A stretch of 64,000 nt of DNA from Buchananella hordeovulneris (GCA_030529545.1 JAUMWR010000002.1:113-64112), one strand, 5' to 3'. Positions 1 through 9,730 are shown, numbered from the stretch's first letter. Numbers and translations: made by a program. The notes: generated from the letters alone by a model not told the origin.

Positions 1-229
1 GGCGGGCGGTGTGCAGGTCAACGCGAACGCGGTCACGGGTGCGCTCGATGTCGACCTTGGCGACACCGGCGCGGTCCAGGCCCTCCTCCAGGAGGCGACG
101 GATAGCGACGTCCTCCTTGACGTAGTCAGCGTAACGCTGACCCGGCTTGCTGGAGTCGGCGAACCACCGGGAGCGGTGGAACGTGGTGATACCCAGGCGG
201 AAACCGGTGGGGTTTACCTTCTGACCCAT
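1..229 (-). CDS. rpsC: 30S ribosomal protein S3, N-terminal part (gene continues beyond the window start)
   Basis: Reverse-complement of 1-229 translates to [76 protein letters not shown], a canonical S3 N-terminus. The ATG at 229-227 overlaps the rplV stop. It sits at the expected position in the S10-operon order. Confidence 0.9.
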   Translation of the reverse strand, partial: MGQKVNPTGFRLGITTFHRSRWFADSSKPGQRYADYVKEDVAIRRLLEEGLDRAGVAKVDIERTRDRVRVDLHTAR

Positions 230-606
230 TACTTGGTCTCCTTCCCCTCGTTGTTGCCGACCACCACGGTGATGTGGCTGGTCCGCTTCAGGATGCGGCC
301 GGCGCGCCCCTGGGCACGCGGACGGATCCGCTTGAGGGTCGGGCCCTCGTCTACGAAAGCGGCGACGATGCGCAGCTTGTCGTACTCAAACTTTTCGCCG
401 TCGCGCTCGGCCTTGACCTGCGCGTTAGCGGCTGCGCTCTCAACCACCTTGCGGACGACCTCGGCCGCCTGCTGCGGTGCGAAACGCAGAATGTCAATTG
501 CCTCTGCAACGCGCTTGCCCCGGACGACGTCCACGATGCGGCGCGCCTTCATCGGCGTGGTGCGGACGAACCGCGCCTGCGCCTTGGCTTCCATTTGCTG
601 CCCCAT
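229..606 (-). CDS. rplV: 50S ribosomal protein L22
   Basis: The 125-aa ORF has a typical L22 sequence (…[22 protein letters not shown]…) and its position matches S10-operon synteny. Confidence 0.97.
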   Translation of the reverse strand: MGQQMEAKAQARFVRTTPMKARRIVDVVRGKRVAEAIDILRFAPQQAAEVVRKVVESAAANAQVKAERDGEKFEYDKLRIVAAFVDEGPTLKRIRPRAQGRAGRILKRTSHITVVVGNNEGKETK

Positions 607-627
607 TCTTTCAGCTAGCGACGCGCC

Positions 628-909
628 TTAGCGGCGACGTCCCTTGCGGTCGTCCTTCTCGTGCCCGCGGAAAGTGCGGGTCGGCGCAAACTCGCCGAGC
701 TTGTGGCCCACCATCGACTCGGTGACGAAGACGGGCACGTGCTTGCGACCGTCGTGCACAGCGAAGGTGTGGCCGAGGAAGTCGGGCGTAATGACCGACC
801 GGCGCGACCAGGTCTTGATGACGTTCTTGGTCCCCGCCTCGTTCTGAGCGTCCACCTTCTTGTAGAGGTGGTCGTCGACGAAGGGACCCTTCTTCAGGCT
901 GCGTGGCAT
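628..909 (-). CDS. rpsS: 30S ribosomal protein S19
   Basis: The 93-aa [22 protein letters not shown]…[16 protein letters not shown] is canonical S19. Confidence 0.97.
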   Translation of the reverse strand: MPRSLKKGPFVDDHLYKKVDAQNEAGTKNVIKTWSRRSVITPDFLGHTFAVHDGRKHVPVFVTESMVGHKLGEFAPTRTFRGHEKDDRKGRRR

Positions 910-921
910 CTGTTATCCCCC

Positions 922-1758
922 TCAGCGGTTCTTGCCGGTCTTGCGACGACGCACGATCAGCTTGTCGCTCGGCTTGTTCGGACGGCGGGTACGACCCTCG
1001 GGCTTACCCCACGGGCTCACGGGGTGACGACCACCAGAAGTGCGGCCCTCACCACCACCGTGCGGGTGGTCCACCGGGTTCATGACGACACCGCGCACGG
1101 TCGGGCGGATGCCCTTCCAGCGCATACGGCCGGCCTTACCCCAGTTGATGTTGGACTGCTCGGCGTTGCCGACCTCACCGATGGTGGCGCGGCAGCGAGC
1201 GTCAACGTTGCGGATTTCGCCGGACGGCATACGCAGCTGGGCGTACGGGCCGTCCTTGGCCACCAGCTGCACGGAGGCGCCAGCGGAACGGGCGATCTTG
1301 GCGCCGCCACCCGGACGCAGCTCCACGGCGTGGATCACGGTACCGAGCGGGATGTTGCGCAGCGGCAGGTTGTTACCGGGCTTGATGTCGGCACCCGGGC
1401 CCTGCTCGATGCGGTCACCCTGCTGCAGCTTGGCGGGGGCGATGATGTAGCGCTTCTCGCCGTCTGCGTAGTGCAGCAGGGCGATGCGGGCGGTGCGGTT
1501 GGGGTCGTACTCGATGTGAGCGACCTTGGCCGGCACGCCGTCCTTGTCGTGACGACGGAAGTCAATCATGCGGTAAGCGCGCTTGTGACCGCCACCCTTG
1601 TGGCGAGTGGTAATACGACCAGACGCATTGCGACCACCGGTCTTGGAGAGCGGGCGAACCAGCGACTTCTCCGGCTCCGAGCGGGTGATCTCAACGAAGT
1701 CGGCCACGGACGCGCCACGGCGGCCGGGCGTCGTCGGCTTGTACTTACGGATTCCCAT
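922..1758 (-). CDS. rplB: 50S ribosomal protein L2
   Basis: The 278-aa ORF carries L2 motifs (…[22 protein letters not shown]…, …[13 protein letters not shown]…). Confidence 0.97.
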   Translation of the reverse strand: MGIRKYKPTTPGRRGASVADFVEITRSEPEKSLVRPLSKTGGRNASGRITTRHKGGGHKRAYRMIDFRRHDKDGVPAKVAHIEYDPNRTARIALLHYADGEKRYIIAPAKLQQGDRIEQGPGADIKPGNNLPLRNIPLGTVIHAVELRPGGGAKIARSAGASVQLVAKDGPYAQLRMPSGEIRNVDARCRATIGEVGNAEQSNINWGKAGRMRWKGIRPTVRGVVMNPVDHPHGGGEGRTSGGRHPVSPWGKPEGRTRRPNKPSDKLIVRRRKTGKNR

Positions 1759-1788
1759 AACGATCCTCTATCTCGTTAGCGGCCGCGC

Positions 1789-2094
1789 TCAGAGCGCGAC
1801 TTCGCCAAAGATGTCGATGGTGCCCTCACGAAGCGTGACGATCGCTCGCTTGGTGTCCTTACGGCGGCCAGCCCCGAAACGGGTCCGGCTGGTCTTGCCC
1901 TGGCGGTTAGCCGTGTTCACGGAATCCACCTTGACGTCGAAAATCTTCTCGATCGCGATCTTGATCTCGGTCTTGTTCGAGCGCGGGTCCACCAGGAAGG
2001 TGTACTTGCCCTCGTCCATCAGCGCGTAGCTCTTCTCCGAGACGACCGGGCCGAGGATGATGTCGCGCGGGTTCTTCGCGGACTCGATGCTCAC
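1789..2094 (-). CDS. rplW: 50S ribosomal protein L23
   Basis: The 101-aa ORF has L23-like sequence and its stop overlaps the rplD start. Synteny fits. Confidence 0.95.
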   Translation of the reverse strand: MSIESAKNPRDIILGPVVSEKSYALMDEGKYTFLVDPRSNKTEIKIAIEKIFDVKVDSVNTANRQGKTSRTRFGAGRRKDTKRAIVTLREGTIDIFGEVAL

Positions 2095-2726
2095 TTGGCA
2101 CCCTCCTCGTCGGTACCGAGGAACGCGGCGAGCGCCTCGGTGGTGAAGACGACGTCCTCGTTAACCAGCACGTCGTAGGTGTTCAGCTGGTCGGCCCACA
2201 GCAGGTGAACCTCGGCCAGGTTGCGCAGCGACAGCGCGGAAGCGAAGTCGGAGCGGTCCAGCACCACCAGAGCGCGACGCTCGGTGATGTTGTGCAGGGC
2301 GGCCTTGGCGGTCTTGGTGGAGGGAACGTCGGTCACGCCGAAGTTCTCCACCACGTGCACGCGGCCGTTGCGAGCGCGGTCAGACAGGGCGCCACGCAGA
2401 GCGGCAGCCTTCATCTTCTTGGGGGTGCGCTGGCTGTAGTCGCGCGGCTGCGGGCCGTGCACCACGCCACCACCGGTGAAGTGGGGAGCGCGGATGGAGC
2501 CCTGTCGAGCGTTACCGGTGCCCTTCTGCTTGTAGGGCTTGCGGCCACCACCGGAGACCGCAGCGCGGTTCTTCACGGCGTGGGTGCCCTGGCGAGCAGC
2601 GGCGCGCTGGGCCACCACAACCTGGTGGATCAGCGGGATGTTCGGCTCGACGTCGAAAATGGCGGCGGGCAGCTCAGCGGTGCCGGCCTTCTTGCCCTCG
2701 GCGTTGATGATGTCAACAGCGGTCAT
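2091..2726 (-). CDS. rplD: 50S ribosomal protein L4
   Basis: The 211-aa ORF fits the L4 family and sits between rplC and rplW. Confidence 0.95.
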   Translation of the reverse strand: MTAVDIINAEGKKAGTAELPAAIFDVEPNIPLIHQVVVAQRAAARQGTHAVKNRAAVSGGGRKPYKQKGTGNARQGSIRAPHFTGGGVVHGPQPRDYSQRTPKKMKAAALRGALSDRARNGRVHVVENFGVTDVPSTKTAKAALHNITERRALVVLDRSDFASALSLRNLAEVHLLWADQLNTYDVLVNEDVVFTTEALAAFLGTDEEGAK

Positions 2727-2727
2727 G

Positions 2728-3390
2728 TCATGCCCCCTTCACAGCGGTGCGGACCATGACAACGCCGTTCTTGGGGCCCGGGATCGCACCGGTCACCAGC
2801 AGAACGCCGCGCTCGGCGTCCACAGCGTGGATGGTCAGGTTCTGGACGGTGCGGCGGGCGTTGCCCATGCGGCCAGCCATGCGCAGACCCTTGAACACGC
2901 GGCCCGGGGTGGCGCAGGCGCCGATGGAACCCGGCTTGCGGTGGTTGCGGTGAGCACCGTGAGAAGCGGAAACACCGGCAAAGCCGTGACGCTTCATAAC
3001 ACCGGCGAAGCCCTTACCCTTGCTGGTGCCGGTGACGTCTACCTTGGCGCCGGCCTCGAAGGTCTCCACGGTGAGCTCCTGGCCCACGGAGTACTCGTTG
3101 GCGTCCGCGGTGCGGATCTCAGCCAAGTGGCGGCGGGGCTCAACGGAAGCCTTGGCGAAGTGGCCGGTCAGCGGCTTGTTCACCTTGTTCGCCTTGATCT
3201 CACCGAAAGCGACCTGCACGGCGGAGTAGCCGTCGGTCTCGACGTTGCGCACCTGGGTGACGACGTTGGGGCTGACCTGGACGACGGTGACGGGAACCAG
3301 ACGACCGTCAGCGTCCCACACCTGGGTCATGCCGAGCTTCTTGCCGAAAACGGCCTTGCGAGTTACGGAGTCGCGATAAGTAGCAGTCAT
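2728..3390 (-). CDS. rplC: 50S ribosomal protein L3
   Basis: The 220-aa ORF fits the L3 family and sits directly downstream of rpsJ. Confidence 0.95.
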   Translation of the reverse strand: MTATYRDSVTRKAVFGKKLGMTQVWDADGRLVPVTVVQVSPNVVTQVRNVETDGYSAVQVAFGEIKANKVNKPLTGHFAKASVEPRRHLAEIRTADANEYSVGQELTVETFEAGAKVDVTGTSKGKGFAGVMKRHGFAGVSASHGAHRNHRKPGSIGACATPGRVFKGLRMAGRMGNARRTVQNLTIHAVDAERGVLLVTGAIPGPKNGVVMVRTAVKGA

Positions 3391-3400
3391 ATCGGCGTCC

Positions 3401-3709
3401 TCAGAGCTTAATCTCGATGTTGACCTCAGCCGGCAGGTCGAGTCGCATGAGCGAGTCGACGGCCTTCGGCGTCGGTTCGATGATGTCGATCAGCCGCTTG
3501 TGAGTCCTCTGCTCGAAGTGCTCACGGCTGTCCTTGTACTTGTGCGGCGACCGGATAACAACGAACACGTTCTTCTCGGTCGGCAGCGGCACCGGGCCCA
3601 CAACTCGCGCGCCCGCGCGGGTCACCGTCTCGACGATCTTGCGCGCCGAGCTGTCGATGACCTCGTGGTCGTACGACTTGAGCCGGATGCGGATCTTCTG
3701 TTCCGCCAT
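3401..3709 (-). CDS. rpsJ: 30S ribosomal protein S10
   Basis: The 102-aa [37 protein letters not shown]…[21 protein letters not shown] is canonical S10 and the first gene of the S10 operon. Confidence 0.97.
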   Translation of the reverse strand: MAEQKIRIRLKSYDHEVIDSSARKIVETVTRAGARVVGPVPLPTEKNVFVVIRSPHKYKDSREHFEQRTHKRLIDIIEPTPKAVDSLMRLDLPAEVNIEIKL

Positions 3710-3848
3710 GGCGTCGATCTACCTCTCTACTTACCAGCCGGCCCCCGCACTCGGGCGTGTCGCAGTTTTGTAGCTGCGCCCACCCGGCGCTTTACCTGGT
3801 GGCGGGGCCGAAATCCTGTGTCCCCTGGGTTACCCCCGGGGCCCGGAC

Positions 3849-3880
3849 GTCTATATGAAACCTGAACCTAATTCAGGCAA
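3849..3880 (-). promoter_or_regulatory. Candidate S10-operon promoter in an AT-richer stretch (minus strand TTGCCT-17 nt-CATATAG). It overlaps a CCTGAA…TTCAGG inverted repeat.
   Basis: This is the only AT-rich stretch in the 787-bp rpsJ upstream region. The -35-like TTGCCT is the reverse-complement of 3875-3880. A TATA-containing element lies 17 nt downstream. It would give a leader of roughly 130 nt. Confidence 0.35.
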
Positions 3881-4387
3881 CCGGACAAGTTTGGCACACA
3901 AATGCCCTGGAAATCCAGAGCTTTTGCGAAACTTAGAGCGTGAGGTGAGCTACAGCAGTGCGCAGCCTGGAGCCTCGCGCCGTTTTCCGGCTCGGCAACT
4001 TTAGCAACACCTCCCCGCCCCGCCGCAAGGCGAAAAGGACCGGATGGCGGTGAAGCGCCTCACGCCGGTTTCCGCGATTTCTCAACACCTGCCCCCGCAC
4101 AGATCCCCCGACACGCCCGAGTGCAGGGGTCGGGTGACAACGGTGGTTTGACTGCGATTACTCGGTTTTCGGCCCCTGCGGCCCGCTTAGGCGCCACGCC
4201 CGAGTGCGGGGGTCGGGGACGACGTCGCCGGACGGCCGCGCGGCGCAAGTCACACCGCCGCAAACCGGCCGATAGTGTGGGGCCCAATCACGAGGGGCGG
4301 GGCGGCCGGGTGGGCCGCCACCAAAGCGCGACCCCCGGCGAGGGCGCCGCACAGCTGCTACGCGGCGCCGTCGGCCACGCATACGCG

Positions 4388-4409
4388 GGCGCCGGCGGGA
4401 ACGTCGGCC
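4388..4409 (+). repeat. Copy of the dispersed motif GGCGCCGGCGGGAACGTCGGCC (intergenic, S10 leader region)
   Basis: This is an exact 19-nt match (GGCGCCGGCGGGAACGTCG) to the copy at 14528-14546. Confidence 0.8.
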
Positions 4410-4447
4410 ACCATACAACGACCCCGGCGGGCAGGCCGTACAGACAA

Positions 4448-4483
4448 AGATCCCCGGCGGGCGCTAGGCACCCACCGGGGATC
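4448..4483 (-). terminator. Candidate intrinsic terminator downstream of the FKBP gene
   Basis: A GATCCCCGG…CCGGGGATC stem is followed on the minus strand by CTTTGTCTG. Confidence 0.4.
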
Positions 4484-4496
4484 AGTCAGGCAGTGA

Positions 4497-4898
4497 TCAG
4501 AGCACGCCCACGATGTCGGTCACGAACACGAGAGTCGCGCCACCGGCGATGCCGGCCTGCGGCACGCCGCGCTCGCCGTAACCCAGCTCGGCCGGGATGG
4601 ACAGCAGCACGCGGGAGCCCACGCGCTGGCCCACCAGGCCCTCGTCCCAGCCGCGGATAACCTGGCCCACCCCAATCATGAAGGACAGTGGCTGGCCGCG
4701 GTCGAAGGAGTTGTCAAACACCTTGCCCGCCCAGGACTGGCCCAAGTAGTGGCACACGATGGTGTCCCCGGCCTCCACCACGGCGCCACCGCCCTGGTGC
4801 AGGACCTCCACCTGCAGGCCCTCGGGCGCAGCGCCCGCCGGGAAGGAAAGGGCGGGCTTGCTGCCGTACTCGCCGGTGACCGTGATGTTGGTGCTCAT
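4497..4898 (-). CDS. FKBP-type peptidyl-prolyl cis-trans isomerase
   Basis: The sequence MSTNITVTGEY…GDTIVCHYLGQSWAGKVFDNSFDRGQPLSFMIGVGQVIRGWDEGLVGQRVGSRVLLSIPAELGYGERG is an FKBP domain. The start is taken at the internal ATG 4898, which has a GGAGGAG Shine-Dalgarno sequence. The ORF-track start at 4988 is likely too long. Confidence 0.85.
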   Translation of the reverse strand: MSTNITVTGEYGSKPALSFPAGAAPEGLQVEVLHQGGGAVVEAGDTIVCHYLGQSWAGKVFDNSFDRGQPLSFMIGVGQVIRGWDEGLVGQRVGSRVLLSIPAELGYGERGVPQAGIAGGATLVFVTDIVGVL

Positions 4899-5049
4899 AT
4901 GGGCTCCTCCAGATTTCGCCAACCCGCCTGCTGCGGGCCAGCCTCCAGCGCAATTATTGGCCACGCGCCACCCAGGCACCAACCCCACGCACGCAAAAGC
5001 GCCGGGTGGGGCATCACTCCCCCACCCGGCGCCCTTAGCCGCTAGCGCG

Positions 5050-5988
5050 TTAGTCCCTGGCGATCGCCAGCAGGCGCAGGAACTCCACGTACAGCCAGAT
5101 CAGCGTGACCAGCAGGCCGAAAGCGGCGGACCAGGCGTACTTGCGGGGAGCGCCGGAGGCCACGCCGCGGTCGATCGCCTCAAAGTCCATCAGCAGGGAG
5201 AACGCGGCCAGCAGCACCGCGATCAGGCCGATGCCGATGCCGAGCGGCACGCCCATGACCTCGATACCGCGCACACCCCACGGGTTGTCCAGCAGGCCAG
5301 TGGCCACCAGCACGAAGTTGATGAGGCTGAAGGCCGCGTATGAGATCAGCGCGATCAGCATGAAGCGCTTGAACTTGCCGCTCATGCGGACCTTGCCGCT
5401 GCGATACAGCATCAGGCTGGCAGCGAAGGTAACCACCGTGGCCAGAATGGCCTGGATAACGATGCCGGGGGCGCCCAGCTCCAAGAAGCCAGAGATACCG
5501 CCCAGGAACAGGCCCTCAGCCAGCGCGTAAGCGCTGATGAGCGCCGGGGAGGGCTCGCGCTTGAAGGCGTTGACCAGCCCGAGGACGACTCCCGCGATCA
5601 GGCCGCCGAAGGTCAGCGCCCCGCCCAGGGAAGAGCCCACCAGGGAGAAGGAGATAGCGCCAGCCACGACCACCAGGGCGAGCATCGCACCGGTGCGCAT
5701 GGTGACGTCCTCGTAGGTCATGACGTCCTGCTGGCCGGCCACCGGGCCCAGGTAGGGCTGCGGGGCGTAGCCGGCCTGCGGGGCGTAGCCCGGCTGCGTG
5801 CCTGCGGGCTGCTGGTAGGGGGCGTAGCCGTTCTGGTAATCGGCGGCGTAACCGCCCTGGGTGTATCCGCCCTGGGTGGGAGCCTGCCCAGGGGTCTGGT
5901 ACTGCACCCACTGGCCGGCGTTAGGAGCCTGCGTCTGAGTCTCCCTGCCGCCAAATATCTTGCTGTTGCTGAGCACCGGGTTTGCCAC
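5050..5988 (-). CDS. Bax inhibitor-1/YccA family membrane protein with a Gln/Tyr/Pro/Gly-rich N-terminal extension
   Basis: The C-terminal ~230 aa form a multi-TM BI-1/YccA-like domain. The N-terminal ~85 aa are low-complexity (…YTQGGYAADYQNGYAPYQQPAGTQPGYAPQAGYAPQPY…). A TAGGAGGA RBS precedes the ATG. Confidence 0.75.
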   Translation of the reverse strand: MANPVLSNSKIFGGRETQTQAPNAGQWVQYQTPGQAPTQGGYTQGGYAADYQNGYAPYQQPAGTQPGYAPQAGYAPQPYLGPVAGQQDVMTYEDVTMRTGAMLALVVVAGAISFSLVGSSLGGALTFGGLIAGVVLGLVNAFKREPSPALISAYALAEGLFLGGISGFLELGAPGIVIQAILATVVTFAASLMLYRSGKVRMSGKFKRFMLIALISYAAFSLINFVLVATGLLDNPWGVRGIEVMGVPLGIGIGLIAVLLAAFSLLMDFEAIDRGVASGAPRKYAWSAAFGLLVTLIWLYVEFLRLLAIARD

Positions 5989-6190
5989 TTGGTCCTCCTA
6001 TAAAGACTGTGCTGGGTCAACGGTAACAAGAGCGCCCCAGCCCGGCATCCCCCCACGGGCGCATCTCCTTCCAACGGATGAACCTCACCCTGCCGGAGAG
6101 CAGGAGCAGGCCCCCGCAAGTTCACCCGCGCGGTCGAAGCTCCTGGCGCCTGCCTGTTCATAACCTGGAGATATCCCGAAAGGAGCCAAC

Positions 6191-7111
6191 ATGATCAAGG
6201 CAGAAGGCCTCACTAAGCGCTACGGCACCAAGCTCGCCGTAGACAACATCAGCTTTGAAATCTCCGCCGGTTGCGTCACCGGCTTCCTGGGCCCCAACGG
6301 CGCGGGCAAGTCCACCACCATGCGCATGATCATGGGTCTGGACACCCCCACCGCCGGCACGGTCACCGTGAACGGCAAGCCCTTCCGCCAGCACAGCAAC
6401 CCCGCCCAGCAGGTGGGTGCCCTGCTGGACGCCAAGGGGATCCACCCCGGCCGCAGCGCCCGTGCCCACCTGAAGGCGCTCGCGCTCAGCAACAACATCC
6501 CGCTGCGCCGCGTGGACGAGGTGCTGGAGCTGACCGGCCTGACTGAGGTAGCCAAGCGCCGCGCCGGCGGGTTTTCCCTCGGCATGGGCCAGCGCCTGGG
6601 CATCGCCGCTGCCCTACTGGGTGACCCGCAGGTCCTCATCTTCGACGAGCCCGTCAACGGGCTGGACCCCGAGGGCGTGCGCTGGGTGCGTCAGATGTGC
6701 CGCTCACTGGCGGAGCAGGGCCGCACCGTGTTCGTCTCCTCGCATCTGATGAGCGAGATGGCGCAGACAGCTGACCACCTCCTCGTGATCGGCAAGGGCC
6801 GCATCCTCACCCACGGTCCCGTGGATGAGGTCATCGCTGCCGTCACCTCCACCTCCGTGGTGGTGCGCTCCCCGCGTCTGGCCGACCTGGGCCAGCTGCT
6901 GGTCAACGCCGGTGCCGGCGTGGCCGACCGTGGCGACGGCGCCCTGACCCTGACCGGCATCGAGGCACCAGTCGTGGGTGAGCTCGCTGCCCAGCACGGA
7001 CTGCCGCTGCACGAACTGACCACCGTCAAGGCTTCCCTCGAGGAGGCATACCTGACCCTGACCGCGGACCAGGTCGAGTACCGCACCACCCAGATGGGAG
7101 AGATCCGATGA
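6191..7111 (+). CDS. ABC transporter ATP-binding protein
   Basis: Contains a Walker A motif (GPNGAGKST) and an ABC signature (FSLGMGQRLGIAAAL). An AAAGGAG RBS precedes it. Confidence 0.93.
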   Translation: MIKAEGLTKRYGTKLAVDNISFEISAGCVTGFLGPNGAGKSTTMRMIMGLDTPTAGTVTVNGKPFRQHSNPAQQVGALLDAKGIHPGRSARAHLKALALSNNIPLRRVDEVLELTGLTEVAKRRAGGFSLGMGQRLGIAAALLGDPQVLIFDEPVNGLDPEGVRWVRQMCRSLAEQGRTVFVSSHLMSEMAQTADHLLVIGKGRILTHGPVDEVIAAVTSTSVVVRSPRLADLGQLLVNAGAGVADRGDGALTLTGIEAPVVGELAAQHGLPLHELTTVKASLEEAYLTLTADQVEYRTTQMGEIR

Positions 7112-7923
7112 GCGCCACCACCACTGTTCCCACCCGCCGCGTCCCCGCAGTCGGAGCCACCAAGGTCACCGCCTTCTCCGTGCTGCGCGCCGAATGGGCC
7201 AAGGCGTGGTCCCTGCGTTCCACCTACTGGGTGTCGCTGGTGTGCTTCCTTACCACCGTGGGCATCGGTTCCCTGGCGGCACTCGCCATCAACGCCATGC
7301 CGGCGGATGCGCTCGACGGCGCCGGTGCCGTCGCCTCCCTGGTTAGTCTGCCATCCTACTTCGTGGCGATGTTCGCTGCCTCCCTGGGCGTGCTGTTCAT
7401 TACCGGCGAGTACTCCACCGGGCAGATCCGCTCCACGCTGTCTGCGGTGCCGAGCCGCTGGCCGGTCTTCGTGGCCAAGGCTCTCACCGCCGCACTGTTT
7501 GCGGCGCTGGTCTCCCTGGTCTCCAACCTAGCGCTGTTGCCGGTGGGGCAGCTGATCGTGAAGATGGATTCCTTCAACGTCTTCTCCACGGTTGGTCTTA
7601 AGGCCGTCGCCTTCACCGCCCTCTTCCACACCTTCATGGCCATCATGGGCGCCGGACTCGGCTTCCTGCTGCGCCACACGGCAGGTGCGGTCACCGCCGT
7701 GGCCGTGATCCTGTTCGTGCTGGTGCTCGCGCTCCAGATTTCTGGCGGCATGCTGGCCCGGCTGTGGGAGCCCCTGGGTGATCTGATCAACTACCTGCCC
7801 GCCATGGCTGGCCTGGAGATGATCTCCGGCACCAACGTAACCACCAACCTGCTCACCCTGTCCGGCTGGGCGCTGGTGCCGCTGGTGATCGGCGCCGTGC
7901 TCTTCATGCGCCGCGACGCCTGA
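7108..7923 (+). CDS. ABC-2 family transporter permease
   Basis: This 271-aa polytopic membrane protein has an ATGA start/stop overlap with the ATPase gene. Confidence 0.85.
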   Translation: MSATTTVPTRRVPAVGATKVTAFSVLRAEWAKAWSLRSTYWVSLVCFLTTVGIGSLAALAINAMPADALDGAGAVASLVSLPSYFVAMFAASLGVLFITGEYSTGQIRSTLSAVPSRWPVFVAKALTAALFAALVSLVSNLALLPVGQLIVKMDSFNVFSTVGLKAVAFTALFHTFMAIMGAGLGFLLRHTAGAVTAVAVILFVLVLALQISGGMLARLWEPLGDLINYLPAMAGLEMISGTNVTTNLLTLSGWALVPLVIGAVLFMRRDA

Positions 7924-7965
7924 GAGCAGGCGCGAGGCTGAGCCAAGATCTGAATTTCGGGATTA

Positions 7966-8004
7966 CCGGGCCGGGTGCGTGAGCGCCCGGCCCGGCCCCT
8001 TTTG
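7966..8004 (+). terminator. Intrinsic terminator after the ABC permease
   Basis: Stem CCGGGCCGGG / CCCGGCCCGG with loop TGCGTGAGCG, followed by CCCCTTTT. Confidence 0.7.
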
Positions 8005-8043
8005 GGGACGACGCTCCTCCGCCCGGCCCCTTTGCGACGCCCT

Positions 8044-8107
8044 TCCGCCTAGTCACATTTGGGAGGCGACGCCCCTCCGCCTAGTCACATTTGGGAGGCG
8101 ACGCCCC
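8044..8107 (+). repeat. 32-bp perfect tandem direct repeat (two full copies plus partial flanking copies) upstream of the sensor kinase
   Basis: TCCGCCTAGTCACATTTGGGAGGCGACGCCCC occupies 8044-8075 and again 8076-8107. Partial copies (…GCGACGCCCTTCCGCC and TCCGACC…) flank the pair. Confidence 0.9.
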
Positions 8108-8120
8108 TCCGACCCCGGTG

Positions 8121-8142
8121 CACGAGGGCACTCGCCCTCGTG
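8121..8142. promoter_or_regulatory. Perfect 9-bp inverted repeat CACGAGGGC-ACTC-GCCCTCGTG immediately upstream of the kinase start (candidate operator)
   Basis: The palindrome is read directly from the sequence, 8 bp before the TTG/ATG start region of the kinase. Confidence 0.5.
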
Positions 8143-8149
8143 ATTAGCT

Positions 8150-9730
8150 TTGAGAGTGAAAATGCCTAGCTGGTTAACTGCCCCCGACCCGGCGAGCGCC
8201 GCCTGGCCCCGCCAGACCTCCTCCTGGTTCTGGCGCCTAACGAGCAACCCTGCTCTCACCGACGCCGTGGTGACGCTCGCCTTCGCCCTGCTGGCCGTGG
8301 TGGTGTGGACGTTTACTTCCTCCGCCGGGAGCCCGGCGCACAGCGAGCCGATGGCGGACCTGGCGCTGGTCATCACGTTCATCGTGGCGGTGGCGATCCG
8401 GCGCATTTTCCCCCCGCTTTCCCTGGCGCTGGCCACCATCGCACCGCTGGCGGTGAACCTGGTGGGCCTGTTCAGCGACGAGGAGCTGCCCCAGCCGTGG
8501 ATGCAGTCCGCGTTCGGCCCTGACTCCTTCCTGATAGGGCTGGCGGCGGTGGGCCTAATCCTCTTCACCATTTCCACGCTCTACCACGTGACCATTGCTT
8601 GGGCGGCCACCTTCCTGGCGATCGTGATCTACACGGCGGATACGTTCGCGCGCGGTTACCCGCCGCTGGCGATCGGTTTCGTGGTCACCCTGTACTCGAT
8701 GGCGCTCGCGATCGTGACGCTGGTGGGCATTTCGGTGCGCCTGCAGCGGCTGCGAATGGTGCAGTTGGAGCACTTGGCGGCGCGCCTGGCGTTGGAGCGC
8801 GACCAGCGCGAGCAATTGGCGGTCTCCGCCGAGCGCACCCGCATCGCCCGGGAGATGCACGACGTGTTAGCCCACTCGCTGGCGATCATCGTAACGATGG
8901 CGGACGGCGCGGCGGCCAACCTGGAGCGCAATCCCAAGATGGCGGCCATGGCGATTGAGCAGCTTTCTTCCACCGGCCGCGCCGCATTGGCGGACACGCG
9001 CCGCCTGGTGGGGGTGCTGCGCACCGAGCCCGCGACCGCCAACTCGCTGGTGGGAGCTCCGTTGGCCGACGTTGCCGCCAGCACCCCCCTGCCCGGCGCC
9101 GAGTTCGCGCCCGCGCCGGTCACGCCCCCGGTGGCCCCGCCCACTCCGAGCGGCGGCGGGCTCTTTGCCCGGGCGATCGAGAAGCTGGCCCGGGAGGCGC
9201 AGCCGGCCGCGCCCGCCCCGCAGCCAACGGTGGCGCCGCCGCCCGCGCCGGCCGCCGAGCGCGCGGTCCTGTTGGGAGAGCAGCTCGACAGTGCCGCCCC
9301 GCTGGGCCCGGCGCCCGCAGAGGAGGAGCTGGCGGAGCTGGTGGCCCAGTTCCGCGGCACCGGCTTGCCCATCCGGTTCGAGCGGGTGGGCGGAGCGCTG
9401 CCGGAGGACAAGGGGCTGCAGTTGGCCCTCTACCGGATCTGCCAGGAGGCGCTGACCAACATCCTGCGCTACTCCCCCAACAGCCCTTCGATCCTGGTGC
9501 AGCTCACGCGCTCCACGGGCACGGTGGAGCTGGTGGTGCGAAACACCGCCGGCTCCCACGCGACCCCTATGCGGGGCTCTGGCAAGGGGGTGGTGGGCAT
9601 GCAGGAGCGCGCCGCAGTTTATGGTGGACGCGTAGAAGCTGGACCGACGGAAGATGGCTGGCAAGTTCGCGCGATAATGCACTGGAACGAAGCCGAGAGC
9701 GAGGTAACCCCGTGGATGCTGCCGCGATGA
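8150..9730 (+). CDS. Sensor histidine kinase, HisKA_3 (NarL-type) family, with an N-terminal multi-TM sensor and a Pro/Ala-rich insertion before the ATPase domain
   Basis: Contains an H-box (ERTRIAREMHDVLAHSLAIIVTMADGA) and a C-terminal HATPase region (…ICQEALTNILRYSP…VRNTAG…). About 110 aa of A/P-rich low complexity separate them. The start may be the ATG at 8162 instead. Confidence 0.85.
   Translation: MRVKMPSWLTAPDPASAAWPRQTSSWFWRLTSNPALTDAVVTLAFALLAVVVWTFTSSAGSPAHSEPMADLALVITFIVAVAIRRIFPPLSLALATIAPLAVNLVGLFSDEELPQPWMQSAFGPDSFLIGLAAVGLILFTISTLYHVTIAWAATFLAIVIYTADTFARGYPPLAIGFVVTLYSMALAIVTLVGISVRLQRLRMVQLEHLAARLALERDQREQLAVSAERTRIAREMHDVLAHSLAIIVTMADGAAANLERNPKMAAMAIEQLSSTGRAALADTRRLVGVLRTEPATANSLVGAPLADVAASTPLPGAEFAPAPVTPPVAPPTPSGGGLFARAIEKLAREAQPAAPAPQPTVAPPPAPAAERAVLLGEQLDSAAPLGPAPAEEELAELVAQFRGTGLPIRFERVGGALPEDKGLQLALYRICQEALTNILRYSPNSPSILVQLTRSTGTVELVVRNTAGSHATPMRGSGKGVVGMQERAAVYGGRVEAGPTEDGWQVRAIMHWNEAESEVTPWMLPR

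Noticed and set aside
11-631. 206-aa plus-strand ORF at the window start
   Set aside because: It is antisense to rplV and rpsC, low-complexity, and typical of high-GC spurious ORFs. The minus strand clearly encodes ribosomal proteins.
4060-4660. Small ORFs of 73-179 aa in the S10 upstream region
   Set aside because: They are Arg/Pro/Gly-rich translations of GC-rich repeats with no start signals.
8044-8107. Possible CRISPR array
   Set aside because: There are only two to three contiguous copies and no spacers.
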